Of a stretch of DNA of 64,000 nt, positions 31,040-40,782 are shown in pieces (the first letter of the stretch is position 1; every line of letters begins with the position of its first letter). The stretch is taken from the IMG/VR virus record IMGVR_UViG_3300032245_001860, positions 248,001-312,000 of that record, one strand, 5' to 3'. A program made the position numbers and the translations under genes. The notes under the pieces were generated by a model. It saw only the letters and a program-made list of their open reading frames with translations, ran no database searches and was not told the DNA's origin.

Positions 31040-34000
31040 ATGGCAACAGATGTCATTATTGACCCAGCCAATGGTCAGATATATTGGAATGATGGCACTG
31101 GATCACCTCAATCTATTTCTATCGGTGGTAATGCTCAAGATGTAATTAATGTTACAGGCTATAGTGCTGCCTTTTCACCTGGATCTACACCTGCAGCATC
31201 TGTAGCAGGAGTTCTTGTAAAATTTACTGATGCAGCAACTGGAACCCTAACTCCTGGCACTAATGCTTACGAGTTAGGGTCTGGTTCTTTAAGATGGAAA
31301 ATATTTGGCACTACCACAAATATTTCCGATAATGCTTCTGCTTTAGGTACTAACACCTTTTCATTAACTACTGGTTTAGTGCAAGTCAATGGCGGAATTG
31401 CAATCTCAGGCAATGTTGGCATTGGACGAACACTATTTTATTATAATCCAAACGACCCAAGATATTTTGTAGGCTTTAGATCTTCTGCTTCTTTAGCGAG
31501 TACACAGGATTATATATTGCCACTCGCCTATCCAGCTACAGGATCTTCTGTTTTACAATCTGACACTGCTGGTACTTTGACATGGGTTCCTATGACAACC
31601 AGTGGAGCAGCATCTGGTGTTACTGCACAAAATATAAATATTGTAAGTGCAACTACTGGAACATTTTTTCCTTTATTCACTAATACATCATCTACAGCTA
31701 ATGGTATTTCGGGTGTAGCAGTTTCTGTCGATAGTAATTTCTCTTTTGATGCTGCAAGTAATGTATTAGTTGTTGATGGTGCTACTTTAGGAGGCTTGGG
31801 ATTAACTACCACTCTTGCTTCTTTTGATATTGGCAACACATCATCAATAGCTCAAACTTTAAACTTTTCAAATACAACTACTGGACAAGTTCAATATAAT
31901 TTTGGCACTGCTTCTGCAAGTGCTTCTACAGCTACATTCTTTGGATCAGTCAACTCCAATAGAATGATCTTAAATGTAAACTCTGCTGGTAACTTATATA
32001 TCCAAACAAACCAAGTTAACGCAAGAGTCAGATTATTTCAAAACAATACAACTGGTAACGTATCTATATTTGGCACTGGTGGTGGAACCTTATACTTAGG
32101 TGAAGATACCATCACAAATAATGCTGATATTTCTATCAGAGGATCAGTTCTTAATGGTGGTGGTGGAAATGTTAGAGCTGCTATATTCACACTTTCTACA
32201 GCAACCTCAAATGGGTCAGGTATTGGCGGAACTTTAGTTTTTCAAACAAGTACATCAGGCAATGCTACAGCTAATTTGCCTAATGCTCTCAGAACAAGAT
32301 TGAGAATTGAAGGTGCTGCAACTGGTACTTCAAACCTTGAAAGTATTATAATTTTAGGTGATGCCACTTCTGGCACTGCTTGGTCATCATATTTAAGAGG
32401 GGTTGATGCTTCTGGTACTGATGTTGAAGCTGGCGAAATTCAAATTCAAGCAGGTAGATCAACAGGTACAGGAGCTGCAAGAGGAATAAGCTTTTATGTT
32501 TCTCCTTCTGGTACAACTTCCTCTACCATAAATGCTGCAAGTCAAATAGCAAGATTTTCCTCAACTGGTTTTACTATTTACTCAACTACTAATGCTACAT
32601 CTACCACTTCAGGAGCATTGATTGTTACTGGTGGTGTTGGTATTGGTGGCTCTATATTCTTAGGGAGCCAATTAACTCAAACTTATACTCCTGTAACAGG
32701 TGCAGGATTAGATCATTCTGTGTTTTTGCAGAGTAACCCATTTCCTACCAATGTCGGTGCAGTAATTCAAGTTGGATTTGGAACTGCTTGGGATGGGTCT
32801 ACTGCTGGATTTTTTAATGGATCTCCTAATGGTACATGGTTAGGAATTAGTGCTGCAACAGCAAACACAGCTGATTTCTTAAGTTTTCAAGAAAATGGAA
32901 CATCGAGATTTACTGTAGGTGCTGGCGGAACAACAAGAATTGCAGCTACAAATACAGCAACATCCACTACTTCTGGAGCTTTAATTGTTTCTGGTGGTGT
33001 GGGTATTAATGGAAATGCATTTATTGGCGGAACTACTACGATAACAAACACCACCTCTTCAACTGGTAATTCAACTGGTGCGTTTGTTGTATATGGTGGC
33101 ACAAATATTGGCGGTAATGCATTCATCGGTGGCACCACTGTAGTTCTCAATACGACAACTTCAACAAGTACAGGTACTGGCGCTTTAGTTGTTAGAGGTG
33201 GCGCAGGAGTAGCTGGTACATTAAATGTTGGGACTAACGTAGTTGTAGGAGCTCTCAATTATGCAGCAACAAATGTTTTGGGAGCATTCCAATCAAGTGT
33301 CAATAGCTTTAATCAGTTTATTGTCCAAAATACGAATAATGGTTCGTCTGCTTCCGCTGACTTTGTTTTAAATAATGATTTATCTTCTGACGCAGCATAT
33401 TATGCAAATTTGGGAATGAATTCCAGTGGCTGGGCAACTACAACATCGCCTTTCAATACAGCTAATGCAACTTATTTAACTGCAACTACTGGAGATCTTG
33501 TTTTAGGTACAACTACTGCTAATGCTATTAGAATTGGTACTGGCGGGACAATATTTGATACAATTAATATCAATGCTGCTGGTACTGCTGTATCTATAAC
33601 ACCAGCTACAGCGTCTGGAACCACATCTACTGGTGCATTAACAATAGTTGGTGGTGTAGGTATTGGCGGAAGTGTCAATATTGGCAAAACTCTCAATTTA
33701 TGGAATCCTGCTTACACATTCTCAACCAATTTAGCATCTGGCGCAGTTACAGCAACTACAACTTATATTTTACCAACTGCATACCCCTCTGGTACTGGAA
33801 CTTCATATCTTTCAGCAAGTACAACAGGTGTAATGGCTTGGGTAGCAGCTCCTACAAGTGGAGGCGGTACTCCTGGTGGTTCTACAAGACAAATTCAGTA
33901 CAACAATGCTTCATCTTTTGCTGGCGCTGGTGGATTTGAATTTACAACAGGTGGTATAGCAAATACTGTTTCAATATTTTCAACTTCTGGAACAGGATAT

Positions 34001-34435
34001 ACAGGTGGACTGTGGATCAATACAATAAATGGTTCAACTACAAGGGTTGGTATTGGACTTTCAAACCCACAATTTGAACTTGAAATTAATGGTGAAATAT
34101 CAGCTACCAATAAAAGCTTTGTAATTGATCATCCTACTAAGCCTGACATGAAACTCCGATATGGCTCATTAGAAGGCCCTGAAAATGGAGTTTATGTCAG
34201 AGGAATATTAATTGGCAATAATATCATAGAGACACCTGATTATTGGGTTGGTTTAGTTGATCCTAACACATTTACTGTGAATCTTACTCCAATAGGAAAA
34301 TTTGCTCATTTATATGTTGAAAAAATAGAAGATTATAAAGTTTATGTTGGCAATAGTAGCGCAACTAATATCCATTGTTTTTATACTATCTGGGCTGAAA
34401 GAAAAGATATTCCTAAACTTGTGACGGAGTATTAG
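31040..34435 (+). CDS. large modular fibre protein (1131 aa)
   Basis: Shared modules (GALIVxGGVGI, GMNSSGWAxTTS also in 13728); C-terminal KSFVIDHP...YGSLEGPENGVYVRG. Confidence 0.8.
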   Translation: MATDVIIDPANGQIYWNDGTGSPQSISIGGNAQDVINVTGYSAAFSPGSTPAASVAGVLVKFTDAATGTLTPGTNAYELGSGSLRWKIFGTTTNISDNASALGTNTFSLTTGLVQVNGGIAISGNVGIGRTLFYYNPNDPRYFVGFRSSASLASTQDYILPLAYPATGSSVLQSDTAGTLTWVPMTTSGAASGVTAQNINIVSATTGTFFPLFTNTSSTANGISGVAVSVDSNFSFDAASNVLVVDGATLGGLGLTTTLASFDIGNTSSIAQTLNFSNTTTGQVQYNFGTASASASTATFFGSVNSNRMILNVNSAGNLYIQTNQVNARVRLFQNNTTGNVSIFGTGGGTLYLGEDTITNNADISIRGSVLNGGGGNVRAAIFTLSTATSNGSGIGGTLVFQTSTSGNATANLPNALRTRLRIEGAATGTSNLESIIILGDATSGTAWSSYLRGVDASGTDVEAGEIQIQAGRSTGTGAARGISFYVSPSGTTSSTINAASQIARFSSTGFTIYSTTNATSTTSGALIVTGGVGIGGSIFLGSQLTQTYTPVTGAGLDHSVFLQSNPFPTNVGAVIQVGFGTAWDGSTAGFFNGSPNGTWLGISAATANTADFLSFQENGTSRFTVGAGGTTRIAATNTATSTTSGALIVSGGVGINGNAFIGGTTTITNTTSSTGNSTGAFVVYGGTNIGGNAFIGGTTVVLNTTTSTSTGTGALVVRGGAGVAGTLNVGTNVVVGALNYAATNVLGAFQSSVNSFNQFIVQNTNNGSSASADFVLNNDLSSDAAYYANLGMNSSGWATTTSPFNTANATYLTATTGDLVLGTTTANAIRIGTGGTIFDTININAAGTAVSITPATASGTTSTGALTIVGGVGIGGSVNIGKTLNLWNPAYTFSTNLASGAVTATTTYILPTAYPSGTGTSYLSASTTGVMAWVAAPTSGGGTPGGSTRQIQYNNASSFAGAGGFEFTTGGIANTVSIFSTSGTGYTGGLWINTINGSTTRVGIGLSNPQFELEINGEISATNKSFVIDHPTKPDMKLRYGSLEGPENGVYVRGILIGNNIIETPDYWVGLVDPNTFTVNLTPIGKFAHLYVEKIEDYKVYVGNSSATNIHCFYTIWAERKDIPKLVTEY

Positions 34436-34436
34436 T

Positions 34437-35168
34437 ATGGGTCACTATTTTAACCCCAATATTCCAAAAGAAAATTTTCATTGGGCAGTTGATGCAGCAA
34501 ATATTCGTTCTTATAATGGAACTGGAACTGTCTGGTTTGATGTTGTTGATGCTAACAATTTAACTTTGACTAATACTCCAACATTCTCATCTTTAGGAGC
34601 AACTTCTAATTTTGCTTTCAATGGCTCAACGCAATATGCAGTAAATTCTTCTTTGATTAGTCCAGCTTTAATTCAAGGACCAATTACTGTCAATGTAATT
34701 TTTTCTCCAAATACTCTTACTGGCACCCAAAATGTATTTTCTTTATTTGACAATGTAAACAGGGCATTGCAAATTGGTTACAACGGAACAACAGGAGCTG
34801 TTTGGAAGTTTGGCGGAACATCATTAGTAACTTACAATTATGCTGGTGTTGGAACAGTATGGCATGTTACATACACATGTGATGGATCTAATAATTCCAA
34901 AGTTTATGTAAATGGTCAATTAAATAACTCTGGTGTTGTCGCTACTGATACAGGTACACCAGTTTATTACACTGTTGGTACTTATGGCGCTGGTGTAGGC
35001 CAGTTTTTTAATGGCAAAGTATATTATGCTTCTATACATAAAAAAGTATTTACAGATAGAGAAGTGGCTTCTATGTGGCATGCGCTAAGAAGAAGATATG
35101 GTTATGCAGGAATTGGTATTACGCCTGTTGGTGATGCTGTCGTTGGCGGACTCCAAGGAGGCCAATAA
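34437..35168 (+). CDS. LamG/ConA-like protein, array 2 copy 1
   Basis: VDAANIRSYNGTG...FNGSTQY...WHVTY...VYVNG. Confidence 0.75.
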   Translation: MGHYFNPNIPKENFHWAVDAANIRSYNGTGTVWFDVVDANNLTLTNTPTFSSLGATSNFAFNGSTQYAVNSSLISPALIQGPITVNVIFSPNTLTGTQNVFSLFDNVNRALQIGYNGTTGAVWKFGGTSLVTYNYAGVGTVWHVTYTCDGSNNSKVYVNGQLNNSGVVATDTGTPVYYTVGTYGAGVGQFFNGKVYYASIHKKVFTDREVASMWHALRRRYGYAGIGITPVGDAVVGGLQGGQ

Positions 35169-35836
35169 TGGGTGGTGGTGTTGGTCCAGTAGGACAAGCA
35201 TTAGAAAATGTTGTTGTGAGAATTGATGCTGTTAACGCCAATTCATATTCAGGATCGGGAACAACTATTAACTCTTTACTTAATTCACAAACATTAAGCT
35301 CAAGTGGTGTGACTTTCATATCGGCAAAAGGCGAAAGCGTGTTTGTTTTTGGTGGCTCAGGATATGTTACATCATCTAATAATACTGGAGTATCAGGAAC
35401 TCAAAACAAAACCATGGCAGCATGGGTTAGATTTGGAACTAAAGGCACTCAAGGAAGTATGTCAACAGGTGCAAATGGTGCAGGTACAGGGATGGCATTG
35501 GCAACTTCAAGCAGTGTCATATTGTTAGGTTATGGCAATTCTGGCACATTAACTACATATTCTTATAATGCTCATCAATGGTATTACTTGGTATATACAA
35601 GTAGCTTAGTTTCTGGCTCAACCCATAATATTCAGTTGTATGTAAATGGTGGTTTAGCTCATTCTGCATTAGTTCCAAATATCAACTTGACAAATAATTC
35701 TCTACGAATTGGTTGTGACAATAGTGGTTTTGGCATGAGTGGTTTCATCTCAAGAGCAAATTTTTACAATAAAAGTTTATCGCCAAGAGAAATACAAAAG
35801 AACTATCAAAATTATAAAAATAGGTTTGGATTATAA
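35168..35836 (+). CDS. LamG/ConA-like protein, array 2 copy 2
   Basis: IDAVNANSYSGSG...WYYLVY...LYVNG...YNKSLSPREI; TAATG overlap. Confidence 0.75.
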   Translation: MGGGVGPVGQALENVVVRIDAVNANSYSGSGTTINSLLNSQTLSSSGVTFISAKGESVFVFGGSGYVTSSNNTGVSGTQNKTMAAWVRFGTKGTQGSMSTGANGAGTGMALATSSSVILLGYGNSGTLTTYSYNAHQWYYLVYTSSLVSGSTHNIQLYVNGGLAHSALVPNINLTNNSLRIGCDNSGFGMSGFISRANFYNKSLSPREIQKNYQNYKNRFGL

Positions 35837-35837
35837 A

Positions 35838-36524
35838 ATGGGACAAAAAGGCGGACCTAACATACCATTTGAAAATTTACAATTTGTCTTTGATCCAAGA
35901 CACCCAAGCTCGTTGTCAGGAAATTATATAACTTTAATTGATTCAATAATAGGAAGCGCTACAGGAGCTACTCTTTCTGGAAGTGGAACAACTTTAGGAA
36001 TAAATTTCTCAGCAATTTCTGATACTTTAAATTTTGGAAATATATCAAAAATTAACCTGACTGCAAACCTTACAGTTATGGGATGGATTTATCCTAAAAG
36101 TTTTGGAGGTGGAAGCAGTGGAAGGATATTTGATAAGTTCAAGACTACCGTTCCTCAATCAGGATTTGCTTTATGGATTGATAATGCTATAGGAACAAAT
36201 GCAATTGTTTATGGTACTGGGTGGACTGTTAGTACTACAGTGGCAAGATTGAGTAACCAAGTAAATTTAAATACTTGGCAACACTTTGCTGCTGTGCACA
36301 GCGGAACAACTGTTACATTTTATAAAAATGGCTCTTCTATAGGTTCAAGTTCAAGTATTACAGCTCCTACATCAGGAAGTGTTAATGCATGTATTGGAAA
36401 TAACGCTGGTGGAACAAATAATTTTGATGGAATTTTAGGTGCAGTGAGAATTTACAGTCGTGCACTGTCTGCAACAGAAATATTGCAAACCTACAATTCT
36501 ACAAAATCAAAATTTGGTTTATAA
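35838..36524 (+). CDS. LamG/ConA-like protein, array 2 copy 3
   Basis: Start moved to ATG 35838 (MGQKGGP), matching the MG start of most paralogs; WQHFAAV..FYKNG..YSRALSATEI. Confidence 0.75.
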   Translation: MGQKGGPNIPFENLQFVFDPRHPSSLSGNYITLIDSIIGSATGATLSGSGTTLGINFSAISDTLNFGNISKINLTANLTVMGWIYPKSFGGGSSGRIFDKFKTTVPQSGFALWIDNAIGTNAIVYGTGWTVSTTVARLSNQVNLNTWQHFAAVHSGTTVTFYKNGSSIGSSSSITAPTSGSVNACIGNNAGGTNNFDGILGAVRIYSRALSATEILQTYNSTKSKFGL

Positions 36525-36553
36525 AATTATTTATAATATAAGAGTACAAACAA

Positions 36554-37822
36554 ATGGCAGATTCAGATAAAAATATAAGAATTACAACCAACAAAAATAA
36601 GGCAGATCCGGCAAAACCTACAATAGTTTTTAGTGGATCTTCTGCTGGTTCGTCTGTCATCACTTTAGAAGTATTAAATGATAATACTTTATCATTTGTG
36701 TCAAATGAAGGTCAAATCTTTTCATTAGACTCAAATCTTACAGTTGGAACTATTTGGTCTGTTAATGATGTCTCAGGTGTTCCTTTAATTAGAGCCAGCG
36801 CTGGGGGCACTATTAACATGGCTGAGTATGGTGCAAATGTTGGCGTTGGTGAATCTAATCCTCTTCATAAATTAAGTGTAAAGGGTGCTTTAGCAATTGG
36901 AAGCACCAATACCAACAACTACACTATCTTTAGATTTCCAGCTGCAGGTACTGGACAAACTTATATTCTTCCAAGTAATTATCCTGGCACTGGTGTTTCA
37001 GTTTTGCAATCTGACACTGCGGGAAACCTTTTGTGGGTAGCAGCTGCAACAGGTGGTGGTTCTGGAAGTGTAAACTCTGGTACTGCTGGAAGTGTTGCGT
37101 TTTACCCAGCTAACGGAACTGCTGTTAGTGGCACAAGTTTGATACAACTTGCAAGTACTGGCACAGCTGTATCTATTTATGCAAACTTAGATTTGTATGC
37201 ACAAAACGACCTTAGATTGTGGAATTCAGGAAGTTCAAACTTCACTGGACTACAAGCTGGAGCAAACCCAACCAGTTACACATTAACTTTCCCGGCATCA
37301 GCACCAGGAGCTGGCGCTGGCTTTTCAATGCTTATGACTGATTCTACTGGGAACATGTCATTTGGTGGATTTATTCAAGGTACAGGCACTTCGCTTCTTG
37401 TTTCAGGAACTGGTGTTACAATAAGAAACAGAAGACCATTATTATTGACTTTTGCTTCTGGTTATACTCCTGCTACTGGTACAACCGCTGATGATGTAGT
37501 TCTAAGATTGCCTGAATCTTTTACAGATGGAACAACATCAGTGACGTGGGTGCCAAGAAGAGCATTTATTAGAACTGAAACTTTTTCAGCTGGTTCAACT
37601 TTGATCAATTTGCAATATTCGACGGGTACTGGTGTATTTACGTCTGTCAACCTTATAGGAGGAGCTGGTTTATCAGTTGGTGGTGCTGGTATTGCTGAAT
37701 CAAGCACAACAAACTTTACAGCTTCAACTTTAACATCAGGTACTAAGTTAAGAGTCAACTTTAGCTCTATCAACGCTGCTCACTCTGACTTTTTGATATA
37801 TCTGCAATTAGAAGAATTATAA
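36554..37822 (+). CDS. fibre-module virion protein (422 aa)
   Basis: Carries the NDVSGVPLIRA and YILPxxYPxxGxSVLQSDTAG modules seen in the giants. Confidence 0.7.
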   Translation: MADSDKNIRITTNKNKADPAKPTIVFSGSSAGSSVITLEVLNDNTLSFVSNEGQIFSLDSNLTVGTIWSVNDVSGVPLIRASAGGTINMAEYGANVGVGESNPLHKLSVKGALAIGSTNTNNYTIFRFPAAGTGQTYILPSNYPGTGVSVLQSDTAGNLLWVAAATGGGSGSVNSGTAGSVAFYPANGTAVSGTSLIQLASTGTAVSIYANLDLYAQNDLRLWNSGSSNFTGLQAGANPTSYTLTFPASAPGAGAGFSMLMTDSTGNMSFGGFIQGTGTSLLVSGTGVTIRNRRPLLLTFASGYTPATGTTADDVVLRLPESFTDGTTSVTWVPRRAFIRTETFSAGSTLINLQYSTGTGVFTSVNLIGGAGLSVGGAGIAESSTTNFTASTLTSGTKLRVNFSSINAAHSDFLIYLQLEEL

Positions 37823-39357
37823 TGAAAGTACATTTACAAAGATATAGAATACCACAAACTTTTGGTGGAGCTTTGAGATTTCTAACTGATCCGGGTTTTG
37901 GACCAGTGCAATGTGTATTAGGTTTCCATGTAAATACTGGAACAGTTTTGAACACAGGTGATGCATCAAGCAATTCTAAAGGATTTATGATTGGTCATGC
38001 AGGAACTTCCGGATCTTCTGCAGCTCCAACTACTCTAATGTGCTCATCTGGTATAGCGCATAGTAATAATTTGGCTTCAACCCAAACTACATTAAGTACA
38101 AGAAATTCTGACTGGCTTACTCAAGATAGTAATAGAACTACAAGAGTCAGATTTACAAATATTGTGTTGGGTACAGATGAAATTACCCTGGCCAATTCTG
38201 GTAAGGCTGCAGTAGGTACAACTTTTGATGACTTAATTCTCGTTATGTTTGGCGGGACTGGTTTATCTTCTGCTACAAATTACAATACTCTAAACCAAAC
38301 ATTAAATGCACTTAGAAACCAAACAGGACTTACATTTCGTCCGGATGTTGTGATTGGTTCTTGGTGTATGGATACAGCAGGTAATACAAGTGTAGCAGGA
38401 CAATCAAAATTTGGGTTTGGAGCAGTTGGTCGCACTAACAATTCTGATTCTGTATATATCGTCTACAGTGGAAACAATGCAGTAACACCAGTAGCTTGTA
38501 AAGCTGGAATTGGAACTGACATGTTATGGAAAAGAATATCAGCTTTCGGTACTGCTACAAACACTGCTTCAGCCGCATCTGGAGGCGGAGTTACAGCCTT
38601 TAATGCTGATGGTTTTGATGTTCAAACTTATAATTCTGCACAAGCGGCAGCTACTTATCAATATAACTTCACAGCCTTGAAATGTGATGAGAGAATAAAA
38701 ACAGGTTATTTTTTTACTCCAACAGGAACTGGCAGTACTTTTGTCAACTTAGGATTTGTACCTCAGTTTGTAATGGGAGCTTCTTGTGGTTCAAGTATAA
38801 TGCAATCTCAACCTGAAACAAACTTAGAAGCTCCATCATTAAGTTTATGGTTTGCACAAGGCAGTACATCTTCAAAATTTATTGAGGGCAAGGGCACAAT
38901 TACAACATCGACTGCTAACGTGACTGGAACTGGTACAGGCTCTTCATTCTTAGCTCAAATTTCTCAAGGCGATAGTATATATAATATTAATTACCAATTA
39001 GTGGGCACAGTGGCAAGTGTTGCATCTACTACTTCATTAGCTTTTACAGCCAATGCAGCCTTAACTTTATCCTCTCAAAACTATTTTATTACAAGAACAA
39101 CCAATTACACATTATACTTTGGTGATCAAATTGGTAATGCAGTACAAAAAGCATTTTGCGGTATTGCAACGTCAGCTCCAGCATTGGCAATATCATCAGG
39201 TACAGCTGTTTCAACAATTACAGCTGGACAAGTTGTTACATTTCAAGGCGATAATGGTTTTACTATAAACTACACAAATCAATATAGATTTCCACAATTA
39301 AATTGGTACATGGCAATAGAAGCTGAGCCAAGACAAAAAAGAAGACAGTCAGGATAA
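37822..39357 (+). CDS. probable virion structural protein (511 aa)
   Basis: TAATG-coupled; Ser/Thr/Gly-rich; GTITTSTANVTGTGT..F...GDSIY..VASVASTTSL motif common in tail proteins. Confidence 0.6.
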   Translation: MKVHLQRYRIPQTFGGALRFLTDPGFGPVQCVLGFHVNTGTVLNTGDASSNSKGFMIGHAGTSGSSAAPTTLMCSSGIAHSNNLASTQTTLSTRNSDWLTQDSNRTTRVRFTNIVLGTDEITLANSGKAAVGTTFDDLILVMFGGTGLSSATNYNTLNQTLNALRNQTGLTFRPDVVIGSWCMDTAGNTSVAGQSKFGFGAVGRTNNSDSVYIVYSGNNAVTPVACKAGIGTDMLWKRISAFGTATNTASAASGGGVTAFNADGFDVQTYNSAQAAATYQYNFTALKCDERIKTGYFFTPTGTGSTFVNLGFVPQFVMGASCGSSIMQSQPETNLEAPSLSLWFAQGSTSSKFIEGKGTITTSTANVTGTGTGSSFLAQISQGDSIYNINYQLVGTVASVASTTSLAFTANAALTLSSQNYFITRTTNYTLYFGDQIGNAVQKAFCGIATSAPALAISSGTAVSTITAGQVVTFQGDNGFTINYTNQYRFPQLNWYMAIEAEPRQKRRQSG

Positions 39358-39358
39358 T

Positions 39359-40171
39359 ATGAGAATAGTAGCAGTTCAATTAAATCTTAAAAATTGTGAG
39401 AGCTACAAAGTTTTTTATGATTTTTTAGAAAATGATGTATTCAAAAATCTGCCTGAAAATTGCGATTTATTAGTTTTTCCCGAAAATATAAACTTATCAT
39501 TGTTCTTCTTAAAAAATGACCTAAAATCACTTAATCTGAGGTCATTTTATGAAAGATTTATTGATAGGATTCTTTCAATGTTAAATCTTTCATTGATTTT
39601 GAAATATGAAGATCTTGATTATCAAAAATCTGTAATATTATCTGCATTTCAAGATTTGGCAAAAAAATATAATGTAAATGAAATTACCGGAAGTTTTTAT
39701 AACAAAACTCTAAGTGGTATATACAATTCAATTTATGCAATAGATAGAAATGGCTATCTTTTAGGCTCTGGATCTAAAAAAGATTTAGTGGGATTAGAAA
39801 AAGCACTTAAAATAAAATCAGAAAATCAAAATAAAGTAATAAACTTTGATTTTGGCAGAGTAGGTTTATCTGTTTGTTTTGATTTAAACGACAAAGATTA
39901 TATTTCGCAATATAAATGTGATGTTCTTGTAGCTCCTTCAAATGGTTGGAGATTATTCCCAGGATATCCATTTGATCCTTTAATTGAAACTCCACAAATT
40001 GAAAGAGCTAAAGAAAACAATTTTGCAATTATTAGACCTTATTGCGCAGGGTGGTTAGGTCCATTATATTTTGCTGGAAGAAGTATGATTGTTGATAAAA
40101 TGGGCAATATTGTCAATCAATCAAAAACAAGAACTCAAACAGAATTATTGGTCTCTGACATCGACATTTGA
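39359..40171 (+). CDS. carbon-nitrogen hydrolase (nitrilase superfamily)
   Basis: MRIVAVQ start; Glu-Lys-Cys triad motifs LLVFPEN, SKKDL, SVCFDL; C-terminal GRSMIVDKMG. Confidence 0.85.
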   Translation: MRIVAVQLNLKNCESYKVFYDFLENDVFKNLPENCDLLVFPENINLSLFFLKNDLKSLNLRSFYERFIDRILSMLNLSLILKYEDLDYQKSVILSAFQDLAKKYNVNEITGSFYNKTLSGIYNSIYAIDRNGYLLGSGSKKDLVGLEKALKIKSENQNKVINFDFGRVGLSVCFDLNDKDYISQYKCDVLVAPSNGWRLFPGYPFDPLIETPQIERAKENNFAIIRPYCAGWLGPLYFAGRSMIVDKMGNIVNQSKTRTQTELLVSDIDI

Positions 40172-40357
40172 TTGAATTTCTACACTTGTATTTCTTTTCA
40201 TGCCTTCATTAGGTGTTGTTTCTTTCACTGTAAATCCAGGAATTTTATCTAAGAATTTCATAAGATCCAGGCATTCTTTACCACTTGTTCCTTTGGGGAC
40301 AACTTCTACTTTTCCATTACTGCTAATCTTAATTTCTAATTCCACTTCTTTTGACAT
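40145..40357 (-). CDS. DUF2997-like small protein
   Basis: IKISSNGKVEVVPKGTSGKECLDL; adjacent to a DUF1257 gene as is typical. Confidence 0.75.
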   Translation of the reverse strand: MSKEVELEIKISSNGKVEVVPKGTSGKECLDLMKFLDKIPGFTVKETTPNEGMKRNTSVEIQSNVDVRDQ

Positions 40358-40782
40358 TAGATTATTTTCCTTGCAACAATATTTAAGTCTGTTATCCTTC
40401 TTTGCAATAAAGCTTCATCTTCAACATTAACTTTAATTTTAAAGCCATTTTTTGCAAGTGCTTCTTCTAATACAACTTTGACATAAGACTGGATGATGCG
40501 ATCATGCATTTTATGAGCTTGATCATAATCAGAAACGATCATTTCATATTTTTTATTTTCAGCATCCCATAAAAAACCAATATCATTTGATGCGCCAGTA
40601 AAATGATTAACTTGCTCTTTAGGAATTACGATATTTGCTTTTTCATTTCTTTTATCGCCTTTATATCCTGTTAATTGCTCTGGTTCTGAATAGCAAACAG
40701 GATTGAATCCCAAAGAATTTAAGGCATCCAAAAGAGATTTCTTATCAACAATTTCACATTCAATCTTCTTGTAAGCAGACAT
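40357..40782 (-). CDS. DUF1257 (Ycf35-like) protein
   Basis: MSAYKKIECEIVDKKSLLDALNSLG...LTGYKG...NDIGFLWD...YEMIVSDYD...QSY. Confidence 0.8.
   Translation of the reverse strand: MSAYKKIECEIVDKKSLLDALNSLGFNPVCYSEPEQLTGYKGDKRNEKANIVIPKEQVNHFTGASNDIGFLWDAENKKYEMIVSDYDQAHKMHDRIIQSYVKVVLEEALAKNGFKIKVNVEDEALLQRRITDLNIVARKII

Noticed and set aside
3374-37973. Many 60-130-aa ORFs antisense to or out of frame within the fibre genes
   Set aside because: Shadow ORFs produced by repetitive Ser/Thr/Gly/Ala codons; they fully overlap much longer genes and have no independent motifs
2541-39357. Cellular S-layer or autotransporter adhesin locus
   Set aside because: No signal peptides, barrel domains or wall anchors on the giants; the context (endolysin, sigma factor, intein, TAATG-packed genes) fits a phage
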